Positions 23,701 to 30,882 of a DNA stretch of 64,000 nucleotides are shown here, piece by piece. The notes beneath the pieces were generated by a model that was not told the origin of the DNA, searched no databases, and saw nothing but the letters and a program-made list of their open reading frames with translations. Each line of letters begins with the position of its first letter. Position 1 is the first letter of the stretch. This DNA is from Bacteroidales bacterium (GTDB lineage: Bacteria; Bacteroidota; Bacteroidia; Bacteroidales; UBA3663). The position numbers were made by a program, and so were the translations under genes. The stretch spans positions 31,427 to 95,426 of the forward strand of contig JAFWRO010000035.1 in assembly GCA_017519885.1 (NCBI GenBank), in the 5' to 3' direction.

Positions 23701-23862
23701 AAGCACACTCACTCCTATCAAAGGTTCGCGCGTAGAGGCATCGAGCACCTTGCCTCGGAAGGTCTGGGAACTTTGGGCAAAAAGGCCCACGTCCAGGAGG
23801 AACATGATACAACCGATAAGCATCAGTCGCATGCATTCCAATGATAATGTTTTTTGTTTCAT
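20725..23862 (-). CDS. SusC/RagA-family TonB-dependent outer-membrane transporter
   Basis: It has an N-terminal carboxypeptidase-regulatory-like domain (FRGKVLDASTREPLIGVSVLEKGT), a plug, a 22-strand barrel, and a terminal ...SFGVNVTL. Confidence 0.95.
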   Translation of the reverse strand: MKQKTLSLECMRLMLIGCIMFLLDVGLFAQSSQTFRGKVLDASTREPLIGVSVLEKGTTNGVVTDVDGNFVIHNVKSGATITFSYVGYSTQEILATRIGNTVLLEEDDKTLNEVVVIGYGVQKKVNLSGAVSAVDGDKLAAKPSSDVLSAMQGEMPGVAVLRSSGEPGSETSGMRIRGFSSVNATSALVLIDGIEGDLGLLNADDIESISVLKDASACAIYGARAASGVVLVTTKSGSEGKPKVSYNGYYAVNMPGNMPERLPAWEEQQWINIGRYNAGGAYEWNKEKTTWVANPNFNYYPNNNNGRWEQFTATNWVDEGTKDWAGQTNHSISVSGGSKNINYLISGNYYFKDGMLKYAKNNNTRVNLHAKLHAELNKYLSLGINVQYQSKKNNAPSSGAGSVLNTMYGARARQLLWQPEETPNYDAQPYSGDLQVNPIDILKNGGTNESLYEAFLGKGELTIKNLVKGLTVNLSASRRAGYYTQRSERHWLAWYAMNGTTIRQQTNNPNSLYRQKNNDYHDQFEATVNYALEAGQHNFQVLAGTSYENYRKDQFDATARNMNSNDFYSFNYYDASEASNTTLGDLIQPWSMMSYFGRINYNFAERYLLEANIRYDGSSRLAPEKRWKAFPSVSAAWRVNQEPWFKLDWVSNLKLRASWGQLGNGAVLGLYDYIATISQSTTYITEKSYYQSQLASKDKTWETIETTNLGVDLGLFNSRLNATFDYYWKYNNDMLSNLQLPHTIGIGVPAVNIGKLKTWGWEFEIKWNDRIGDFSYQVAFNLSDSKNELVEYDGADVITAGTRQLIEGYPLNTIWGYTTDGYWSSKEEYEQYKQDHPGYKSFSDGKIGAGDVKFLTLPDKDGSINHQVGAGDGTKENHGDLVYLGDTNGRYLYGINLSAKWKGFDVAVMFQGVAKRKLLIDTEAISPFGRTHQMPWTIHRDYWTPENTDAYWPRLYNYNGDMFNFQPSDKWVQDASYLRLKNITVGYTIPVPKRYIDKLRIYVSGNDVWEKSDILKVFDPESGNNVGRNYYPFFRTWSFGVNVTL

Positions 23863-23902
23863 AAATGTTAGTTATTGTAGATAAACATGAATGTTGATGG
23901 TG

Positions 23903-23910
23903 CAAAAGTA
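23903..23910 (-). promoter_or_regulatory. -7 box TACTTTTG (minus strand) for the susC/susD operon
   Basis: Plus-strand caaaagta lies about 41 nt upstream of the SusC ATG. Confidence 0.5.
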
Positions 23911-24081
23911 GGGGTTTCCGCCAAACTAAGCAAACATTTCACTACATCACAATTACTATACAACACAACATCGACTACATCACGACTTTCTCATCGGTTA
24001 CAAAACATACTGATTTTCAACGAATATTTGCATTTCGCACAAAAAAAACCACATAAATTTGTTTTCATGAAAAAATAGTAG

Positions 24082-24089
24082 TATCTTTG
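24082..24089 (+). promoter_or_regulatory. -7 box TATCTTTG for the sensor-regulator gene
   Basis: gtaTATCTTTGcaccgc. The ORF-track start (TTG at 24087) lies inside this box and is therefore rejected. Confidence 0.55.
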
Positions 24090-24131
24090 CACCGCAAAAC
24101 TTATCGTGTTTTATTAATTGTATTTTTTCAA

Positions 24132-27035
24132 TTGAAAAGGATCTTACTTCTAACGTACCTCCTGGCTCTGGCTTCGATGTCAGGCAGGGCTGAAAATCAC
24201 TGGCAACGCGTGGTGGTGAACTACACCCGTCAGCAATACCATTCAGGCAATCAGAACTGGCAGGCCTCCCAAAGCAAGGAGGGCTGGATGTACTTTGCCA
24301 ACAACAAGGGGCTGCTGGAATACGACGGCAACACCTGGCAGACCTATTCCCTGCCCGGCAATGTGAAGGTGAGAGCCGTCAGGACCAGCGGCGACACCAT
24401 CTATGTAGGTGCATTGGGGCAATTCGGGCTTTTTACGCGAAATCCGAAAGGCCAGCTCATCTACCGGCGACTGTCAGAAAGCGTCGATCGGGCAGGGCAG
24501 CTGAACATCTGGAACATCCACCAGATCGGGCACGACATCTACTACCAGAGCGACAATGCCCTCTACATCAACAATAGCGAAACGAAAATCGACAGCCCGC
24601 TTGGCATCAGTTACTCCACGGTGGTCTATAACCGACTCTATGCAGTCGGTTCGCAGGGAGTCTTTGTGCTAGTGGGCAATGCGTTCCAGCAACTGCAGGG
24701 TATCGACATCAGCCAAACCTCTCGCATCGTCAGCATCCTCCCCTATCCACAGGGGAAGCTGCTGCTCGTGAGCAGCGACCAGGGCCTCTTCCTCTATTCC
24801 GACAATCATATCGAACCGCTCCACACGGCTGCCGACGAACTGATTGCCCATCGCGGGCTGTCTTCGGCGGCTTGTTCTGGCGACATTCTTGCCCTGGGCA
24901 CGATGCAGGACGGCGTGATACTGCTCGACCTCAAACAGAACACGATCGAAAGGATGTCAATCAACCAGGGACTGCAGAACAAAACGGTGCTTTCGACCTT
25001 TTTCGACCGCGACCAGAACCTCTGGCTCGGGCTTGACAATGGCATCGACTGCATCCCCATGCGCTCACCCCTGCGTTTCATCAACAGCCGGCAGTCGCCC
25101 ATCGGAAGCGGCAATTGCAGCGTCGAATACCAGGGGCGCCTCTATCTCGGAACCAACCAGGGACTCTACGAGATGGCGGGTGGCGACATCCGCTTTGTGG
25201 AGGGAACCGACGGACAGGTGCTTTGCCTAGACACCATCGGAGGGCGCCTTTTCTGCGGCGGACGACAGTTCTTCCTCTCCATCGACGGCAATCGAATCAC
25301 ACGCTACAGGAACCGTGGTGTGTGGGGAGTACGACGCATCGGCAATCGCGACGATGTGCTGCTCACAGCCTCCTATTGGGGCCTGCGGCTGATGCGCCTC
25401 CAAGGACGCGACTGGGTGATGGCCGAAGATGTGAAGGGTGCCGACATCTCAGCCAAGACGTTCTACATCGAGGACGGACTGCCCGTCGTTTGGGTGGCCA
25501 ACAAGGAGAAGGGCATCTTCCGACTTACGCTCACCGACGACCTGACGGAAGTCAAGAGCCGGAAATGCTACAATTCCGAACTGCTGCCGAAGGGTGACAA
25601 CGTCTGCATCACACGCTTCGACGGAGAGACCGTCGTAGCCTCGCGCCAGGGATTGCTGCGCTACGATGCAGCGCACGACAGTCTGGTGCTTTTCACCGAA
25701 CTCGAAGACCGGCTGGAGGGGCACGTGCCTTACACCTACCTGCTGCAAAATGCCAGTGGAGACATCTGGTATGCTGCCGATGGCACGCTTCATCTGGTAA
25801 GGGGATCGCGCAATGATGGTTATCTGAACGACTGGCTGATGGAGGACTTCGAGAATGTCAGCCTCAACGGCGACCAGGCCATCATCGGCACCGAAGAGGG
25901 TTTCGCCATGCTGAGCCTTTCAGAACCCTCCTCCCCCTCTGATGAAGGATTTGAAGGAGGCTCTACCAATCCCCTCAAACCTCTAGAACCCCTCACCCCC
26001 TACATTCGCCGAGTCTATATCGGCAATGGTGCCGACACGCTCTATTACGGCTGCCAACCGCCTAGTGACATCCGTTGGCGCGACAACTCACTGCGCATTG
26101 AGTACAGCGTCAGCAATTATGACCCTGCCCAGTCGGTGCTCTACAGTTATTGGCTCGAAAAGCAGCGGAACGGCTTACTCTATGCTGGCAGGAGGTCAGC
26201 CGAAAGCGAATGGAGCCCTTATTCAAGGCGAAGCATCAAGGAATACACCAACCTCACTGAAGGCACTTACACGTTCCATCTGCGTGTCATATCAAACTAT
26301 AGCGAGAATCCCGTTCAAACCACGTTCCATTTCACGATTCTGCCACCCTGGTATCGCTCATGGTGGGCTTATCTGCTCTACACATTGCTGCTGGCTGCCC
26401 TCGGCTTCGAAGCATATCGGCGTCAGAAGCGGAAGCGCCAAAAGCTGATTGCCCAGAAGGACGAGCAGATTCACGAACGCGAGGAACAGATTCACGAGCA
26501 GGAAGAGCAGATCCTCGAACAGGAGGAGAAGATTGCCATTCTGCGAGAAGAGAAACTGGAAATCGAACTGCGCTCGAAGCAGGACGAACTGGTGCGTTCG
26601 AGGATGAACATCGTGCGCAAGAACGAGATGCTGCAGGAGATCAAGAAGACGGCGGTCAGCCTGAACAAGTCGCTCAGCGAAGAAAACCTGCCCGCTTCCA
26701 AACGTCGCATCATCCGTCTGATCGGGCAGATCGACACCAACATCAGCCATGATGATGACCTCGATGCCTTCCACGACTCGTTCGATGCCGTGCATCACAA
26801 GTTTCTGCAGACACTGAGCAAACGCTATCCTGACCTTTCGCACAAGGAAATGATGCTGTGTGCCTATATCCGCATGGGACTGCAGTCGAAAGAGATTGCC
26901 CCTCTCCAGAACATTTCGACGCGAGGCATCGAAATCAGCCGCTATCGAATCCGTCAGAAACTTGGGCTCGACAAGAGTGCTAGCCTCACTGAATTTCTGA
27001 TGCACCTCGATGTGCCCGACACAGACCAGCAATGA
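24132..27035 (+). CDS. Kinase-less sensor regulator: beta-propeller repeats + Y_Y_Y domain + TM + coiled coil + LuxR/GerE HTH
   Basis: The propeller-type repeats resemble hybrid two-component sensors. It has a TM segment WWAYLLYTLLLAALGF and a C-terminal HKEMMLCAYIRMGLQSKEIAPLQNISTRGIEISRYRIRQKLG. The start is uncertain (TTG 24132 or ATG 24177). Confidence 0.85.
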   Translation: MKRILLLTYLLALASMSGRAENHWQRVVVNYTRQQYHSGNQNWQASQSKEGWMYFANNKGLLEYDGNTWQTYSLPGNVKVRAVRTSGDTIYVGALGQFGLFTRNPKGQLIYRRLSESVDRAGQLNIWNIHQIGHDIYYQSDNALYINNSETKIDSPLGISYSTVVYNRLYAVGSQGVFVLVGNAFQQLQGIDISQTSRIVSILPYPQGKLLLVSSDQGLFLYSDNHIEPLHTAADELIAHRGLSSAACSGDILALGTMQDGVILLDLKQNTIERMSINQGLQNKTVLSTFFDRDQNLWLGLDNGIDCIPMRSPLRFINSRQSPIGSGNCSVEYQGRLYLGTNQGLYEMAGGDIRFVEGTDGQVLCLDTIGGRLFCGGRQFFLSIDGNRITRYRNRGVWGVRRIGNRDDVLLTASYWGLRLMRLQGRDWVMAEDVKGADISAKTFYIEDGLPVVWVANKEKGIFRLTLTDDLTEVKSRKCYNSELLPKGDNVCITRFDGETVVASRQGLLRYDAAHDSLVLFTELEDRLEGHVPYTYLLQNASGDIWYAADGTLHLVRGSRNDGYLNDWLMEDFENVSLNGDQAIIGTEEGFAMLSLSEPSSPSDEGFEGGSTNPLKPLEPLTPYIRRVYIGNGADTLYYGCQPPSDIRWRDNSLRIEYSVSNYDPAQSVLYSYWLEKQRNGLLYAGRRSAESEWSPYSRRSIKEYTNLTEGTYTFHLRVISNYSENPVQTTFHFTILPPWYRSWWAYLLYTLLLAALGFEAYRRQKRKRQKLIAQKDEQIHEREEQIHEQEEQILEQEEKIAILREEKLEIELRSKQDELVRSRMNIVRKNEMLQEIKKTAVSLNKSLSEENLPASKRRIIRLIGQIDTNISHDDDLDAFHDSFDAVHHKFLQTLSKRYPDLSHKEMMLCAYIRMGLQSKEIAPLQNISTRGIEISRYRIRQKLGLDKSASLTEFLMHLDVPDTDQQ

Positions 27036-27040
27036 CGCAA

Positions 27041-27097
27041 AATTGACAATTGTAATTTGTTAATCGTACCAAAATTGTTAATTATTATTTGTTAATT
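27041..27097. repeat. Degenerate 7-bp tandem repeat (AATTGTT family)
   Basis: aattgac aattgta atttgtt aatcgta .. aattgtt aattatt atttgtt aattttt, directly after the regulator stop. Confidence 0.6.
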
Positions 27098-27131
27098 TTT
27101 TATTCTTATACCATTATATTTAAATAATGTG

Positions 27132-27139
27132 TATCTTTG
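27132..27139 (+). promoter_or_regulatory. -7 box TATCTTTG only 4 nt before the helicase ATG
   Basis: The sequence gtgTATCTTTGcgccATG predicts a leaderless or near-leaderless transcript. Confidence 0.45.
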
Positions 27140-27143
27140 CGCC

Positions 27144-28457
27144 ATGAATTTTAGTGAATTAGGATTAGATCAGGGCGTGATGGATGCCCTGGAATATATG
27201 AAATATGGCCAATGTACTCCTGTGCAGGAGAAGGCCATCCCTCCCGTGCTCAATGGCGATGATGTGATTGCCGTGGCACAAACGGGCACCGGCAAGACCG
27301 CCGCCTACCTGCTGCCCATTCTTTCGAACCTGAACCGCTACCGCTACCCTTCCGACGCCATCAACTGCGTCATCATGGCCCCCACCCGCGAGCTGGCCCA
27401 ACAGATCGACCAGCAGATGCAGGGTTTCTCCTACTTCGTCGATGCCTCTTCTGTGGCTGTCTACGGCGGTGGCGAGGGTACTGATTTTGCCGCCCAGGAA
27501 CGCGGCCTTCGCCAAGGTGCCGATGTGGTGATAGCCACCCCGGGACGTCTGCTTTCGCACATCAATCTGGGATACGTCGATCTGTCACAAGTGTCATTCT
27601 TCGTACTCGATGAGGCCGATCGTATGCTCGATATGGGCTTCTACGACGACATTATGGCCATCAACAAGCTGCTGCCCGACGACTGCCAGAAGATTCTCTA
27701 CAGCGCCACGATGCCGCCCAAGATCCAGCAATTGGCCGAAAAGATACTTTGGAACCCCGTGATGGTGAAGATCGCCATCTCGAAGCCTGCCGAAAAGATT
27801 CACCAGCAATGCTGCATCTGCCACCAGGCCCAGAAGACGCCTATGCTCATCCGCTTCCTGAAGAAGTTCTTCGGCGGCAGGGAGGACGGCTACGTGAAGG
27901 ACGAACTGCTCCAAAACCCCGAGAAGCGCGTGGTGGTCTTCGTGAGCCGAAAGGCCGACGTGCGCGACGTGGTGCTGGGTCTGCGCAAGAAAGGTTTCCA
28001 GGTGGCTGCCATGCACTCCGACCTGGAGCAGAGGGACCGCGACGAGGTGATGAACGCCTTCCGTTCGGGCCGCACCAACGTGATTGTCGCCACCGACATC
28101 GTCTCGCGCGGCATCGACATCAGCGGCATCGCCCTGGTGATCAACTATGACATGCCGCACGATCTGGAAGACTACGTACACCGCATCGGACGTACTGCTC
28201 GTGCCGACCACGATGGCGAAAGCCTCACCCTGGTGAACTGCGATGACCGACGCGACATGCGTAAACTGACTGCCCTCGAAAAGTTCATCGACAAGAAAAT
28301 GGAACGAATCGCCGTGCCCGACGAACTGGGCGGCTGCGACTACAAGGAAACAAGCCCGCAGGAGGACAGGCCGAAAAGACAACGTGGCAACAGGTCGTCG
28401 AAGCGACCGGGCGACAAGCCGACAAGAAACCAAGGCAAGAAAAGAAACAATCAATAA
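27144..28457 (+). CDS. DEAD-box ATP-dependent RNA helicase with basic C-terminal tail
   Basis: Motifs are the Q motif, AQTGTGKT, PTRELA, VLDEADRMLDMGF, SAT and HRIGRTARA. I place the start at MNFSELGL. Confidence 0.95.
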   Translation: MNFSELGLDQGVMDALEYMKYGQCTPVQEKAIPPVLNGDDVIAVAQTGTGKTAAYLLPILSNLNRYRYPSDAINCVIMAPTRELAQQIDQQMQGFSYFVDASSVAVYGGGEGTDFAAQERGLRQGADVVIATPGRLLSHINLGYVDLSQVSFFVLDEADRMLDMGFYDDIMAINKLLPDDCQKILYSATMPPKIQQLAEKILWNPVMVKIAISKPAEKIHQQCCICHQAQKTPMLIRFLKKFFGGREDGYVKDELLQNPEKRVVVFVSRKADVRDVVLGLRKKGFQVAAMHSDLEQRDRDEVMNAFRSGRTNVIVATDIVSRGIDISGIALVINYDMPHDLEDYVHRIGRTARADHDGESLTLVNCDDRRDMRKLTALEKFIDKKMERIAVPDELGGCDYKETSPQEDRPKRQRGNRSSKRPGDKPTRNQGKKRNNQ

Positions 28458-28470
28458 ATCACATAACATC

Positions 28471-30357
28471 ATGACCTCAAAACCCAGAATACTCCTATCC
28501 GTCATCGCAGCCATGATCCTGCTGAGCACGATGCCGACACAGGCTGTGCCTGCCCGTCGCGGCCCCATCACCATGCTGCAGCCCGACGGCAAGACCATCA
28601 CCGTGCTCCTGCATGGCGACGAATGGTGCCACTGGACCACCGACCTCGACGGCAACCTGCTCGTCACCGACGAACGGGGCTTCCTCCACATCGCCAATGC
28701 CACCGAGCTTGCCGCTTGGGAAACCGAGAAGACCCAGCTGCTGCAGCATCGAGCCCAGGTGAATGCCGCACGCCATGAACGCCTACGCTACAACCGACGT
28801 GCCCAGGCCATGCGAGCCAGACTTGCCGATGGCAAGGATTATGACAGTATCCCCAATGACAGCATTCCTGCCGACAGCATCGCCAACGACTCGATCCCCG
28901 GCGACTCGATAGTCTATGATCCCGACTCACTGGTTTGCGACAGCACACTCGCCCCTCACTTCGGCTTCCCGACAAGAGGCAAGGTGCGCGGCCTCGTTGT
29001 GCTGGTGGAGTTCCAGGACGTGAGATTCACCATAGACAACCCTCATCAGGCATACGTCGATATGATGACAAAGGATGGCTACGACCGTCCACGCTACGAG
29101 GGCAGCAGATTCAAGCACATCGGTTCGGCCCACGACTTCTTCTATCAGAACTCGTGCGGCGAGTTTGACCCGCAGTTCGACGTCTTCGGCCCCATCCTGC
29201 TGAAGGACAGCCTCAAATACTACGGCAGGAACAACGACGCGAAAGCCTGGGAAATGATCACGGAGGCCTGCGACTACCTGAACGACAGCCTCGACGTCGA
29301 CTTCTCGGCCTATGACACCGACAGCAACGGCATCATCGACTTCGTCTTTGCCTTCTATGCCGGCAAGGGCGAAAACTACACCGGAATGAAGAGCGACATC
29401 TGGCCCCATGCATGGGACGTTTGGTCTGCCTCGGGCAAAATATACAGCTACGACGACCTCGCCCTGCACGACTACGCCTGCTCTAACGAACTGTATGGCG
29501 ACTACATGGACGGCGTTGGCACCTTCTGCCACGAGTTCACCCACGTCCTCGGCCTGCCCGACCTCTACAACACCGCCAGCGGTGCGCCAGCCACCTGCAC
29601 TCCCTGCGGCTTTGACCTGCTCGACGAGGGATGCTACAACTTCAACAGCTTTATTCCCGCCGGCATGAGTGCCTACGAGCGCTACGAACTGGGCTGGCTC
29701 ACACCCGTGGTCCTGTCGGAACAGAAGACCGACACGCTGATGGAGCTGAGCACCAGCAACCAGGCTTTCATCGTGCCCATCACCGAGGGTCTCGACGATC
29801 CACGCGAGGGCGAATACTACCTCTTCGAGAACCGTCAGCTCAACGGGTGGGACGCCTACATCCCCGGACACGGTATGCTGGCCTGGCACATCGACTACAA
29901 GTCAAGCCTCTGGACCTACAATACGCCCAACAACTGGCCTAACCACCAGTGCATCGACCTCGTAGAGGCTGGTGGAAAGAAAAAGTCGGGCGGCTACTAC
30001 GTGCAGGACGCTAGTGCTCCGTTCCCCGGCACGACGGGTGCCACCGCCTTCACCGATGACACCAAGCCAGCCTTCAGCGGATGGGCCAGACCAGGCTCCA
30101 ACAACTCCTCGCTGACCGTCAGGCTTGAGAAGCCAATCTCGAACATCCAGGAACTGGAATATGTTGATGAGACGGGCGCACAGTTAGGTCCCGACATCAT
30201 CACCTTCGACTTCCGCACGGCTCCACCAGCTGCCATCGAGACCATCGAAATGGACGTTGTGCCAACGGCTCCACGCACTGCCAAGACATACGTGAACGGC
30301 CAACTGCTCATCCAGACCGAGCACGGCACATTCGACGCGATGGGGCGACGCAAATAA
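28471..30357 (+). CDS. M6-family (immune inhibitor A-like) secreted metalloprotease with T9SS-type C-terminal tail
   Basis: It has HEFTHVLGLPDLY (HExxH), the N-terminal RRGPITMLQPDGKTITVLLHGDEWCHW typical of M6, and the tail ...YVNGQLLIQTEHGTFDAMGRRK. I moved the start to MTSKP. Confidence 0.85.
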   Translation: MTSKPRILLSVIAAMILLSTMPTQAVPARRGPITMLQPDGKTITVLLHGDEWCHWTTDLDGNLLVTDERGFLHIANATELAAWETEKTQLLQHRAQVNAARHERLRYNRRAQAMRARLADGKDYDSIPNDSIPADSIANDSIPGDSIVYDPDSLVCDSTLAPHFGFPTRGKVRGLVVLVEFQDVRFTIDNPHQAYVDMMTKDGYDRPRYEGSRFKHIGSAHDFFYQNSCGEFDPQFDVFGPILLKDSLKYYGRNNDAKAWEMITEACDYLNDSLDVDFSAYDTDSNGIIDFVFAFYAGKGENYTGMKSDIWPHAWDVWSASGKIYSYDDLALHDYACSNELYGDYMDGVGTFCHEFTHVLGLPDLYNTASGAPATCTPCGFDLLDEGCYNFNSFIPAGMSAYERYELGWLTPVVLSEQKTDTLMELSTSNQAFIVPITEGLDDPREGEYYLFENRQLNGWDAYIPGHGMLAWHIDYKSSLWTYNTPNNWPNHQCIDLVEAGGKKKSGGYYVQDASAPFPGTTGATAFTDDTKPAFSGWARPGSNNSSLTVRLEKPISNIQELEYVDETGAQLGPDIITFDFRTAPPAAIETIEMDVVPTAPRTAKTYVNGQLLIQTEHGTFDAMGRRK

Positions 30358-30378
30358 TCCACGCCTAACAACCAAATG

Positions 30379-30422
30379 AAAGTGGCTCAACAAGGTTTTT
30401 ATACCTGCTGAGCCACTTTTTG
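30379..30422 (+). terminator. Rho-independent terminator after the M6 protease gene
   Basis: The stem AAAGTGGCTCA/TGAGCCACTTT is followed by TTTT. Confidence 0.75.
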
Positions 30423-30438
30423 TCATTTGACAACCACA

Positions 30439-30600
30439 TCATTGTGGGACTGTCCCCTGCTCCAAAAGCGTGCTATCGGCGACACCCGGACCGTTGGGAA
30501 TATAGATGCAAGGATGGCAGGTCTGAAGGCAGAACGCTGTCACAAGCAATGCCACCAGCACACATAGGGCGACCACGAGTCGAGCTGCTTTCCTTTTCAT
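30439..30600 (-). CDS. Candidate 53-aa Cys-rich small membrane protein (not in ORF track)
   Basis: Translation is MKRKAARLVVALCVLVALLVTAFCLQTCHPCIYIPNGPGVADSTLLEQGTVPQ. Its ATG overlaps the PspC-like gene's TGA (ATGA). Confidence 0.35.
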   Translation of the reverse strand: MKRKAARLVVALCVLVALLVTAFCLQTCHPCIYIPNGPGVADSTLLEQGTVPQ

Positions 30601-30800
30601 CGGTTATATCCCCCCTTTTCGGGCATCACAAGTGCCATACAGAAGTAAAGTACCAACCCTGGAATGAGACCCGTGAAGATGGTCAAGGCCAAAATGCCAA
30701 CGCGAACCAAAGTGGGATCTACGTCAAAATACTCGGCTACGCCGCCGCATACGCCAAACAGTTTCTTGTCGTTGGCCGATCTTGTCAATTTCTTTTCCAT
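30597..30800 (-). CDS. PspC-domain protein, 67 aa
   Basis: It shows KLTRSANDKKLFGVCGGVAEYFDVDPTLVRVGILAL..., the canonical PspC N-terminal domain plus a TM segment. Confidence 0.85.
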   Translation of the reverse strand: MEKKLTRSANDKKLFGVCGGVAEYFDVDPTLVRVGILALTIFTGLIPGLVLYFCMALVMPEKGGYNR

Positions 30801-30836
30801 AATAATATAGTTTTAATTGTTCTTATTTTTCGATGC

Positions 30837-30844
30837 AAAGATAA
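30837..30844 (-). promoter_or_regulatory. -7 box TATCTTTG (minus strand) for the PspC-like gene
   Basis: Plus-strand gatgcaaagataatg lies about 37 nt upstream of the ATG at 30800. Confidence 0.5.
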
Positions 30845-30882
30845 TGCTTTTGTTCCAAACAACGTATTTTTTGACAACGTTG

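Noticed and set aside
24087-24131. ORF-track start codons at 24087, 5023 and 27129.
   Set aside because: The TTG at 24087 and the TTG at 5023 are the TTTG of TATCTTTG promoter boxes. The start at 27129 lies upstream of the box at 27132-27139, so its reading frame runs through the box. Starts were moved downstream to 24132 or 24177, 4984 and 27144.
28384-28470. N-terminal extension of the M6 protease ORF overlapping the helicase gene.
   Set aside because: The extension is a basic, low-complexity read-through of the helicase tail in another frame. A normal signal peptide begins at the ATG at 28471.
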